DNA from: Auanema rhodensis
Lineage: Eukaryota; Animalia; Nematoda
Reading direction: 5' to 3'
Length of the DNA: 64,000 nucleotides
NCBI GenBank assembly: GCA_964057225.1
Contig: OZ059899.1
Coordinates: 3,472,001-3,536,000, forward strand
In this document: one piece after another, positions 1 to 11,000 of the stretch
How the letters are laid out: the number at the start of each line of letters is the position of its first letter
Position numbering within the stretch: the first letter of the stretch is position 1
Notes under the pieces: model-generated
The model's input: only the letters and a program-made list of their open reading frames with translations
Database searches by the model: none
Told to the model about the DNA's origin: nothing
Translations under genes and position numbers: made by a program

Positions 1-53
1 AACTAATTTTTGTATCAAGCGTTTTTCAATGTAGTATAGTGCATTCGATGCGG

Positions 54-104
54 ATTTTTAAGCTGCGTCGATCTGTGTTATCAGATTTGCGCTAGCTTAA
101 AAAT
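54..104. other. Long imperfect inverted repeat in each monomer (potential hairpin/cruciform)
   Basis: ATTTTTAAGCT (54-64) is the exact reverse complement of AGCTTAAAAAT (94-104). Inner pairs are GCG 65-67/CGC 90-92 and ATCTG 71-75/CAGAT 82-86 around the loop TGTTAT. Confidence 0.9.
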
Positions 105-121
105 GCACCGAGATATCAACT

Positions 122-143
122 GATATAAGTTCACACTTATATC
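122..143. other. Perfect 9-bp inverted repeat with 4-nt loop in most monomers
   Basis: GATATAAGT-tcac-ACTTATATC. It overlaps a second dyad, ATATCA-ac-TGATAT (113-126). Confidence 0.92.
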
Positions 144-245
144 CTCGATTTTCACCCTGAAGAATTAATTTTTTCGTTGAATAACATTGTCCATCGTCTT
201 TGCCTTGAAAAATGGAATCTTAAAACATCTACTTTTTGCTAAATT

Positions 246-280
246 ATTTTGAAATTTTTCGAAAAAATTTTTGTCAAAAT
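246..280. other. A/T-tract palindromic region in each monomer
   Basis: Perfect 12-bp palindrome TTTTTCGAAAAA (255-266) flanked by ATTTTGA (246-252) and TCAAAAT (274-280). Confidence 0.85.
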
Positions 281-293
281 GTTTTTGGAAGCA

Positions 294-321
294 ATGTTGA
301 GTGTACATGGAAACTCAACAT
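294..321. other. Perfect 9-bp inverted repeat with 10-nt spacer in each monomer
   Basis: ATGTTGAGT-gtacatggaa-ACTCAACAT, unchanged in the copies I read. Confidence 0.92.
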
Positions 322-3300
322 ATACTAATGCATCATTTTTCAAACGATCATAACTAATTTTTGTATCAAGTGTTTCTCAATGTAGTATAGTGCATTCGAT
401 GCGGATTTTTAAGCTGCGTCGATCTGTGTTATCAGATTTGCGCTAGCTTAAAAATGCACCGAGATATCAACTGATATAAGTTCACACTTATATCCTCGAT
501 TTTCACCCTGAAGAATTAATTTTTTCGTTGAATAACATTGTCCATCGTCTTTGCCTTGAAAAATGGAATCTAAAAACATCTATTTTTTGCTAAATTATTT
601 CGAAATTTTTCGAAAAAATTTTTGTCAAAATGTTTTTGGAAGCAATGTTGAGTGTACATGGAAACTCAACATACACTAATGCATCATTTTTCAAACGATC
701 ATAACTAATTTTTGTATCAAGTGTTTCTCAATGTAGTATAGTGCATTCGATGCGGACTTTTAAGCTGCGTCGATCTGTGTTATCAGATTTGCGCTAGCTT
801 AAAAATGCACCGAGATATCAACTGATATAAGTTCACACTTATATCCTCGATTTTCACCCTGAAGAATTAATTTTTTCGTTGAATAACATTGTCTATCGTC
901 TTTGCCTTGAGAAATGGAATCTAAAAACATCTACTTTTTGCTAAATTATTTTGAAATTTTTCGAAAAAGTTTTGTCAAAATGTTTTTGGAAGCAATGTTG
1001 AGTGTACATGGAAACTCAACATATACTAATGCATCATTTTTCAAACGATCATAACTAATTTTTGTATCAAGTGTTTCTCAATGTAGTATAGTGCATTCGA
1101 TGCGGATTTTTAAGCTGCGTCGATCTGTGTTATCAGATTTGCGCTAGCTTAAAAATGCACCGAGATATCAACTGATATAAGTTCACACTTATATCCTCGA
1201 TTTTCACCCTGAAGAATTAATTTTTTCGTTGAATAACATTGTCCATCGTTTTTGCCTTGAAAAATGGAATCTAAAAACATCTATTTTTTGCTAAATTATT
1301 CTGAAATTTTTCGAAAAAATTTTTGTCAAAATGTTTTTGGAAGCAATGTTGAGTGTACATGGAAACTCAACATACACTAATGCATCATTTTTCAAACGAT
1401 CATAACTAATTTTTGTATCAAGCGTTTTTCAATGTAGTATAGTGCATTCGATGCGGATTTTTAAGCTGCGTCGATCTGTGTTATCAGATTTGCGCTAGCT
1501 TGAAAATGCACCGAGATATCAACTGATATAAGTTCACACTTATATCCTCAATTTTCACCCTGAAGAATTAATTTTTTCGTTGAATAACATTGTCCATCGT
1601 CTTTGCCTTGAAAAATGGAATCTAAAAACATCTACTTTTTGCTAAATTATTTTGAAATTTTTCGAAAAAATTTTTGTCAAAATGTTTTTGGAAGCAATGT
1701 TGAGTGTACATGGAAACTCAACATACACTAATGCATCATTTTTCAAACGATCATAACTAATTTTTGTATCAAGCGTTTTTCAATGTAGTATAGTGCATTC
1801 GATGCGGATTTTTAAGCTGCGTCGATCTGTGTTATCAGATTTGCGCTAGCTTAAAAATGCACCGAGATATCAACTGATATAAGTTCACACTTATATCCTC
1901 GATTTTCACCCTGAAGAATTAATTTTTTCGTTGAATAACATTGTCCATCGTCTTTGCCTTGAAAAATGGAATCTTAAAACATCTACTTTTTGCTAAATTA
2001 TTCTGAAATTTTTCGAAAAAATTTTTGTCAAAATGTTTTTGGAAGCAATGTTGAGTGTACATGGAAACTCAACATACACTAATGCATCATTTTTCAAACG
2101 ATCATAACTAATTTTTGTATCAAGTGTTTCTCAATGTAGTATAGTGCATTCGATGCGGATTTTTAAGCTGCGTCGATCTGTGTTATCAGATTTGCGCTAG
2201 CTTAAAAATGCACCGAGATATCAACTGATATAAGTTCACACTTATATCCTCGATTTTCACCCTGAAGAATTAATTTTTTCGTTGAATAACATTGTCCATC
2301 GTCTTTGCCTTGAAAAATGGAATCTAAAAACATCTATTTTTTGCTAAATTATTCTGAAATTTTTCGAAAAAATTTTTGTCAAAATGTTTTTGGAAGCAAT
2401 GTTGAGTGTACATGGAAACTCAACATACACTAATGCATCATTTTTCAAACGATCATAACTAATTTTTGTATCAAGCGTTTTTCAATGTAGTATAGTGCAT
2501 TCGATGCGGATTTTTAAGCTGCGTCGATCTGTGTTATCAGATTTGCGCTAGCTTGAAAATGCACCGAGATATCAACTGATATAAGTTCACACTTATATCC
2601 TCGATTTTCACCCTGAAGAATTAATTTTTTCGTTGAATAACATTGTCCATCGTCTTTGCCTTGAGAAATGGAATCTAAAAACATCTACTTTTTGCTAAAT
2701 TATTTTGAAATTTTTCGAAAAAGTTTTGTCAAAATGTTTTTGGAAGCAATGTTGAGTGTACATGGAAACTCAACATATACTAATGCATCATTTTTCAAAC
2801 GATCATAACTAATTTTTGTATCAAGTGTTTCTCAATGTAGTATAGTGCATTCGATGCAGATTTTTAAGCTGCGTCGATCTGTGTTATCAGATTTGCGCTA
2901 GCTTAAAAATGCACCGAGATATCAACTGATATAAGTTCACACTTATATCCTCGATTTTCACCCTGAAGAATTAATTTTTTCGTTGAATAACATTGTCCAT
3001 CGTCTTTGCCTTGAAAAATGGAATCTAAAAACATCTATTTTTTGCTAAATTATTCTGAAATTTTTCGAAAAAATTTTTGTCAAAATGTTTTTGGAAGCAA
3101 TGTTGAGTGTACATGGAAACTCAACATACACTAATGCATCATTTTTCAAACGATCATAACTAATTTTTGTATCAAGCGTTTTTCAATGTAGTATAGTGCA
3201 TTCGATGCGGATTTTTAAGCTGCGTCGATCTGTGTTATCAGATTTGCGCTAGCTTAAAAATGCACCGAGATATCAACTGATATAAGTTCACACTTATATC

Positions 3301-6300
3301 CTCAATTTTCACCCTGAAGAATTAATTTTTTCGTTGAATAACATTGTCCATCGTCTTTGCCTTGAAAAATGGAATCTAAAAACATCTACTTTTTGCTAAA
3401 TTATTTTGAAATTTTTCGAAAAAATTTTTGTCAAAATGTTTTTGGAAGCAATGTTGAGTGTACATGGAAACTCAACATACACTAATGCATCATTTTTCAA
3501 ACGATCATAACTAATTTTTGTATCAAGCGTTTTTCAATGTAGTATAGTGCATTCGATGCGGATTTTTAAGCTGCGTCGATCTGTGTTATCAGATTTGCGC
3601 TAGCTTAAAAATGCACCGAGATATCAACTGATATAAGTTCACACTTATATCCTCGATTTTCACCCTGAAGAATTAATTTTTTCGTTGAATAACATTGTCC
3701 ATCGTCTTTGCCTTGAAAAATGGAATCTTAAAACATCTACTTTTTGCTAAATTATTCTGAAATTTTTCGAAAAAATTTTTGTCAAAATGTTTTTGGAAGC
3801 AATGTTGAGTGTACATGGAAACTCAACATACACTAATGCATCATTTTTCAAACGATCATAACTAATTTTTGTATCAAGTGTTTCTCAATGTAGTATAGTG
3901 CATTCGATGCGGATTTTTAAGCTGCGTCGATCTGTGTTATCAGATTTGCGCTAGCTTAAAAATGCACCGAGATATCAACTGATATAAGTTCACACTTATA
4001 TCCTCGATTTTCACCCTGAAGAATTAATTTTTTCGTTGAATAACATTGTCTATCGTCTTTGCCTTGAGAAATGGAATCTAAAAACATCTACTTTTTGCTA
4101 AATTATTTTGAAATTTTTCGAAAAAGTTTTGTCAAAATGTTTTTGGAAGCAATGTTGAGTGTACATGGAAACTCAACATATACTAATGCATCATTTTTCA
4201 AACGATCATAACTAATTTTTGTATCAAGTGTTTCTCAATGTAGTATAGTGCATTCGATGCGGATTTTTAAGCTGCGTCGATCTGTGTTATCAGATTTGCG
4301 CTAGCTTAAAAATGCACCGAGATATCAACTGATATAAGTTCACACTTATATCCTCGATTTTCACCCTGAAGAATTAATTTTTTCGTTGAATAACATTGTC
4401 CATCGTCTTTGCCTTGAAAAATGGAATCTAAAAACATCTATTTTTTGCTAAATTATTCTGAATTTTTTCGAAAAAATTTTTGTCAAAATGTTTTTGGAAG
4501 CAATGTTGAGTGTACATGGAAACTCAACATACACTAATGCATCATTTTTCAAACGATCATAACTAATTTTTGTATCAAGCGTTTTTCAATGTAGTATAGT
4601 GCATTCGATGCGGATTTTTAAGCTGCGTCGATCTGTGTTATCAGATTTGCGCTAGCTTAAAAATGCACCGAGATATCAACTGATATAAGTTCACACTTAT
4701 ATCCTCAATTTTCACCCTGAAGAATTAATTTTTTCGTTGAATAACATTGTCCATCGTCTTTGCCTTGAAAAATGGAATCTTAAAACATCTACTTTTTGCT
4801 AAATTATTTTGAAATTTTTCGAAAAAATTTTTGTCAAAATGTTTTTGGAAGCAATGTTGAGTGTACATGGAAACTCAACATACACTAATGCATCATTTTT
4901 CAAACGATCATAACTAATTTTTGTATCAAGTGTTTCTCAATGTAGTATAGTGCATTCGATGCGGATTTTTAAGCTGCGTCGATCTGTGTTATCAGATTTG
5001 CGCTAGCTTAAAAATGCACCGAGATATCAACTGATATAAGTTCACACTTATATCCTCGATTTTCACCCTGAAGAATTAATTTTTTCGTTGAATAACATTG
5101 TCCATCGTCTTTGCCTTGAAAAATGGAATCTAAAAACATCTATTTTTTGCTAAATTATTCTGAAATTTTTCGAAAAAATTTTTGTCAAAATGTTTTTGGA
5201 AGCAATGTTGAGTGTACATGGAAACTCAACATACACTAATGCATCATTTTTCAAACGATCATAACTAATTTTTGTATCAAGCGTTTTTCAATGTAGTATA
5301 GTGCATTCGATGCGGATTTTTAAGCTGCGTCGATCTGTGTTATCAGATTTGCGCTAGCTTAAAAATGCACCGAGATATCAACTGATATAAGTTCACACTT
5401 ATATCCTCGATTTTCACCCTGAAGAATTAATTTTTTCGTTGAATAACATTGTCCATCGTCTTTGCCTTGAAAAATGGAATCTAAAAACATCTACTTTTTG
5501 CTAAATTATTTTGAAATTTTTCGAAAAAATTTTTGTCAAAATGTTTTTGGAAGCAATGTTGAGTGTACATGGAAACTCAACATACACTAATGCATCATTT
5601 TTCAAACGATCATAACTAATTTTTGTATTAAGCGTTTCTCAATGTAGTATAGTGCATTCCATGCGGATTTTTAAGCTGCGTCGATCTGTGTTATCAGATT
5701 TGCGCTAGCTTAAAAATGCACCGAGATATCAACTGATATAAGTTCACACTTATATCCTCGATTTTCACCCTGAAGAATTAATTTTTTCGTTGAATAACAT
5801 TGTCCATCGTCTTTGCCTTGAGAAATGGAATCTTAAAACATCTACTTTTTGCTAAATTATTTTGAAATTTTTCGAAAAAATTTTTGTCAAAATGTTTTTG
5901 GAAGCAATGTTGAGTGTACATGGAAACTCAACATACACTAATGCATCATTTTTCAAACGATCATAACTAATTTTTGTATTAAGCGTTTCTCAATGTAGTA
6001 TAGTGCATTCGATGCGGATTTTTAAGCTGCGTCGATCTGTGTTATCAGATTTGCGCTAGCTTAAAAATGCACCGAGATATCAACTGATATAAGTTCACAC
6101 TTATATCCTCGATTTTCACCCTGAAGAAATAATTTTTTCGTTGAATAACATTGTCCATCGTCTTTGCCTTGAGAAATGGAATCTTAAAACATCTACTTTT
6201 TGCTAAATTATTTTGAAAGTTTTCGAAAAAATTTTTGTCAAAATGTTTTTGGAAGCAATGTTGAGTGTACATGGAAACTCAACATACACTAATGCATCAT

Positions 6301-8070
6301 TTTTCAAACGATCATAACTAAATTTTGTATTAAGCGTTTCTCAATGTAGTATAGTGCATTCGATGCGGATTTTTAAGCTGCGTCGATCTGTGTTATCAGA
6401 TTTGCGCTAGCTTAAAAATGCACCGAGATATCAACTGATATAAGTTCACACTTATATCCTCGATTTTCACCCTGAAGAATTAATTTTTTCGTTGAATAAC
6501 ATTGTCCATCGTCTTTGCCTTGAAAAATGGAATCTAAAAACATCTACTTTTTGCTAAATTATTTTGAAATTTTTCGAAAAAATTTTTGTCAAAATGTTTT
6601 TGGAAGCAATGTTGAGTGTACATGGAAACTCAACATACACTAATGCATCATTTTTCAAACGATCATAACTAATTTTTGTATTAAGCGTTTCTCAATGTAG
6701 TATAGTGCATTCGATGCGGATTTTTAAGCTGCGTCGATCTGTGTTATCAGATTTGCGCTAGCTTAAAAATGCACCGAGATATCAACTGATATAAGTTCAC
6801 ACTTATATCCTCGATTTTCACCCTGAAGAATTAATTTTTTCGTTGAATAACATTGTCCATCGTCTTTGCCTTGAAAAATGGAATCTTAAAACATCTACTT
6901 TTTGCTAAATTATTTTGAAATTTTTCGAAAAAATTTTTGTCAAAATGTTTTTGGAAGCAATGTTGAGTGTACATGGAAACTCAACATACACTAATGCATC
7001 ATTTTTCAAACGATCATAACTAATTTTTGTATCAAGTGTTTCTCAATGTAGTATAGTGCATTCGATGCGGATTTTTAAGCTGCGTCGATCTGTGTTATCA
7101 GATTTGCGCTAGCTTAAAAATGCACCGAGATATCAACTGATATAAGTTCACACTTATATCCTCGATTTTCACCCTGAAGAATTAATTTTTTCGTTGAATA
7201 ACATTGTCTATCGTCTTTGCCTTGAAAAATGGAATCTAAAAACATCTACTTTTTGCTAAATTATTTTGAAATTTTTCGAAAAAATTTTTGTCAAAATGTT
7301 TTTGGAAGCAATGTTGAGTGTACATGGAAACTCAACATACACTAATGCATCATTTTTCAAACGATCATAACTAATTTTTGTATCGAGCGTTTTTCAATGT
7401 AGTATAGTGCATTCGATGCGGATTTTTAAGCTGCGTCGATCTGTGTTATCAGATTTGCGCTAGCTTAAAAATGCACCGAGATATCAACTGATATAAGTTC
7501 ACACTTATATCCTCGATTTTCACCCTGAAGAATTAATTTTTTCATTGAATAACATTGTCTATCGTCTTTGCCTTGAGAAATGGAATCTAAAAACATCTAC
7601 TTTTTGCTAAATTATTTTGAAATTTTTCGAAAAAATTTTTGTCAAAATGTTTTTGGAAGCAATGTTGAGTGTACATGGAAACTCAACATACACTAATGCA
7701 TCATTTTTCAAACGATCATAACTAATTTTTGTATCAAGCGTTTTTCAATGTAGTATAGTGCATTCGATGCGGATTTTTAAGCTGCGTCGATCTGTGTTAT
7801 CAGATTTGCGCTAGCTTAAAAATGCACCGAGATATCAACTGATATAAGTTCACACTTATATCCTCGATTTTCACCCTGAAGAAATAATTTTTTCGTTGAA
7901 TAACATTGTCCATCGTCTTTGCCTTGAAAAATGGAATCTTAAAACATCTACTTTTTGCTAAATTATTTTGAAATTTTTCGAAAAAATTTTTGTCAAAATG
8001 TTTTTGGAAGCAATGTTGAGTGTACATGGAAACTCAACATACACTAATGCATCATTTTTCAAACGATCAT

Positions 8071-11000
8071 AACTAATTTTTGTATCAAGCGTTTTTCAAT
8101 GTAGTATAGTTCATTCGATGCGGATTTTTAAGCTGCGTCGATCTGTGTTATCAGATTTGCGCTAGCTTAAAAATGCACCGAGATATCAACTGATATAAGT
8201 TCACACATATATACCCGATTTTCACCCTGAAGAATTAATTTTTTCGTTGAATAACCTTGTCCATCGTCTTTGCCTTGAAAAAAGGAATCTAAAAACATCT
8301 ACTTTTTGCTAAATTATTCTGAAATTTTTCGAAAAAATTTTTGTCAAAATGTTTTTGGAAGCAATGTTGAGTGTACATGGAAACTCAACATACACTAATG
8401 CATCATTTTTCAAACGATCATAACTAATTTTTGTATCAAGCGTTTTTCAATGTAGTATAGTGCATTCGATGCGGATTTTTAAGCTGCGTCGATCTGTGTT
8501 ATCAGATTTGCGCTAGCTTAAAAATGCACCGAGATATCAACTGATATAAGTTCACACTTATATCCTCGATTTTCACCCTGGAGAATTAATTTTTTCGTTG
8601 AATAACATTGTCCATCGTCTTTGCCTGGAAAAAAGGAATCTAAAAACATCTACTTTTTGCTAAATTATTCTGAAATTTTTCGAAAAAATTTTTGTCAAAA
8701 TGTTTTTGGAAGCAATGTTGAGTGTACATGGAAACTCAACATACACTAATGCATCATTTTTCAAACGATCATAACTAATTTTTGTATTAAGCGTTTCTCA
8801 ATGTAGTAAAGTGCATTCGATGCGGATTTCTAAGCTGCGTCGATCTGTGTTATCAGATTTGCGCTAGCTTAAAAATGCACCGAGATATCAACTGATATAA
8901 GTTCACACTTATATCCTCGATTTTCACCCTGGAGAATTAATTTTTTCGTTGAATAACATTGTCCATCGTCTTTGCCTTGAAAAAACGAATCTAAAAACAT
9001 CTACTTTTTGCTAAATTATTCTGAAATTTTTGAAAAAATTTTTGTCAAAATGTTTTTGGAAGCAATGTTGAGTGTACATGGAAACTCAACATACACTAAT
9101 GCATCATTTTTCAAACGATCATAACTAATTTTTGTATTAAGCGTTTCTCAATGTAGTAAAGTGCATTCGATGCGGATTTCTAAGCTGCGTCGATCTGTGT
9201 TATCAGATTTGCGCTAGCTTAAAAATGCACCGAGATATCAACTGATATAAGTTCACACATATATACCCGATTTTCACCCTGAAGAATTAATTTTTTTGTT
9301 GAATAACATTGTCCATCGTCTTTGCCTTGAAAAAAGGAATCTAAAAACATCTACTTTTTGCTAAATTATTTTGAAATTTTTCGAAAAAATTTTTGTCAAA
9401 ATGTTTTTGGAAGCAATGTTGAGTGTACATGGAAACTCAACATACACTAATGCATCATTTTTCAAACGATCATAACTAATTTTTGTATTAAGCGTTTCTC
9501 AATGTAGTAAAGTGCATTCGATGCGGATTTCTAAGCTGCGTCGATCTGTGTTATCAGATTTGCGCTAGCTTAAAAATGCACCGAGATATCAACTGATATA
9601 AGTTCACACATATATACCCGATTTTCACCCTGAAGAATTAATTTTTTCGTTGAATAACCTTGTCCATCGTCTTTGCCTTGAAAAAAAGAATCTAAAAACA
9701 TCTACTTTTTGCTAAATTATTCTGAAATTTTTCGAAAAAATTTTTGTCAAAATGTTTTTGGAAGCAATGTTGAGTGTACATGGAAACTCAACATACACTA
9801 ATGCATCATTTTTCAAACGATCATAACTAATTTTTGTATCAAGCGTTTTTCAATGTAGTATAGTGCATTCGATGCGGATTTTTAAGCTGCGTCGATCTGT
9901 GTTATCAGATTTGCGCTAGCTTAAAAATGCACCGAGATATCAACTGATATAAGTTCACACTTATATCCTCGATTTTCACCCTGGAGAATTAATTTTTTCG
10001 TTGAATAACATTGTCCATCGTCTTTGCCTGGAAAAAAGGAATCTAAAAACATCTACTTTTTGCTAAATTATTCTGAAATTTTTCGAAAAAATTTTTGTCA
10101 AAATGTTTTTGGAAGCAATGTTGAGTGTACATGGAAACTCAACATACACTAATGCATCATTTTTCAAACGATCATAACTAATTTTTGTATTAAGCGTTTC
10201 TCAATGTAGTAAAGTGCATTCGATGCGGATTTCTAAGCTGCGTCGATCTGTGTTATCAGATTTGCGCTAGCTTAAAAATGCACCGAGATATCAACTGATA
10301 TAAGTTCACACTTATATCCTCGATTTTCACCCTGGAGAATTAATTTTTTCGTTGAATAACATTGTCCATCGTCTTTGCCTTGAAAAAACGAATCTAAAAA
10401 CATCTACTTTTTGCTAAATTATTCTGAAATTTTTCGAAAAAATTTTTGTCAAAATGTTTTTGGAAGCAATGTTGAGTGTACATGGAAACTCAACATACAC
10501 TAATGCATCATTTTTCAAACGATCATAACTAATTTTTGTATTAAGCGTTTCTCAATGTAGTAAAGTGCATTCGATGCGGATTTCTAAGCTGCGTCGATCT
10601 GTGTTATCAGATTTGCGCTAGCTTAAAAATGCACCGAGATATCAACTGATATAAGTTCACACATATATACCCGATTTTCACCCTGAAGAATTAATTTTTT
10701 TGTTGAATAACATTGTCCATCGTCTTTGCCTTGAAAAAAGGAATCTAAAAACATCTACTTTTTGCTAAATTATTTTGAAATTTTTCGAAAAAATTTTTGT
10801 CAAAATGTTTTTGGAAGCAATGTTGAGTGTACATGGAAACTCAACATACACTAATGCATCATTTTTCAAACGATCATAACTAATTTTTGTATTAAGCGTT
10901 TCTCAATGTAGTATAGTGCATTCGATGCGGATTTTTAAGCTGCGTCGATCTGTGTTATCAGATTTGCGCTAGCTTAAAAATGCACCGAGATATCAACTGA

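Larger units (their letters stand above)
1..351. repeat. Representative monomer M1 (phase arbitrary, set by the window start)
   Basis: Sequence 1..351 is repeated at 352..702 with only about 6 substitutions. Confidence 0.98.
1..8070. repeat. Satellite variant domain A (M1-M23)
   Basis: Markers are CTATTTTTTG (pos 232), ATTCTGA (pos 249), TTGAGAAATGG (pos 208), CATATACT (pos 323) and the 350-bp AAAAAGTTTTG allele in M3, M8 and M12. Confidence 0.75.

Noticed and set aside
54-104. Integron attC-like cassette array
   Set aside because: The units are near-identical and non-coding rather than diverse cassettes, no RYYYAAC/GTTRRRY pair bounds this hairpin, and no integrase is present.
122-152. Rho-independent terminators or bacterial promoters at the hairpins
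   Set aside because: The stems are AT-rich, there is no upstream gene, and the context is eukaryote-type satellite DNA.
294-321. CRISPR-like palindromic repeat (28 bp, contains GAAAC)
   Set aside because: The intervening ~323 bp are near-identical between copies rather than unique 25-45-bp spacers, and there are no cas genes or leader.
294-328. Helitron 3' terminus (hairpin followed by CTRR, here CTAA)
   Set aside because: The hairpin is AT-rich and only ~3 nt from CTAA, unlike the usual GC-rich hairpin about 10 nt upstream. The motif is too short to be significant.
1-351. Tandem RNA gene array (5S rRNA, tRNA, snRNA or spliced-leader RNA)
   Set aside because: I could not recognise a 5S or tRNA sequence, Pol III A/B boxes or a known SL exon. 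AATTTTTG resembles an Sm site but is expected by chance in T-rich DNA. An Infernal/Rfam scan would be decisive.
1-351. Monomer as a diverged dimer of ~175-bp subunits
   Set aside because: I saw no convincing alignment between the halves beyond shared AATTTTT tracts. A sensitive self-alignment could revisit this.
1-351. Assignment to a named satellite of similar length (Drosophila 1.688/359-bp family, ~350-bp Tribolium satellites) or a CENP-B box
   Set aside because: Only length and AT-richness match. I recognise no diagnostic sequence and no canonical CENP-B box motif, and I cannot run a database search.
9025-9040. Single-copy C deletion in TTTTTCGAAAAA (M26)
   Set aside because: It is a singleton between homopolymers and is absent from the sister copy M30, so it could be a consensus error. 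Not interpreted.
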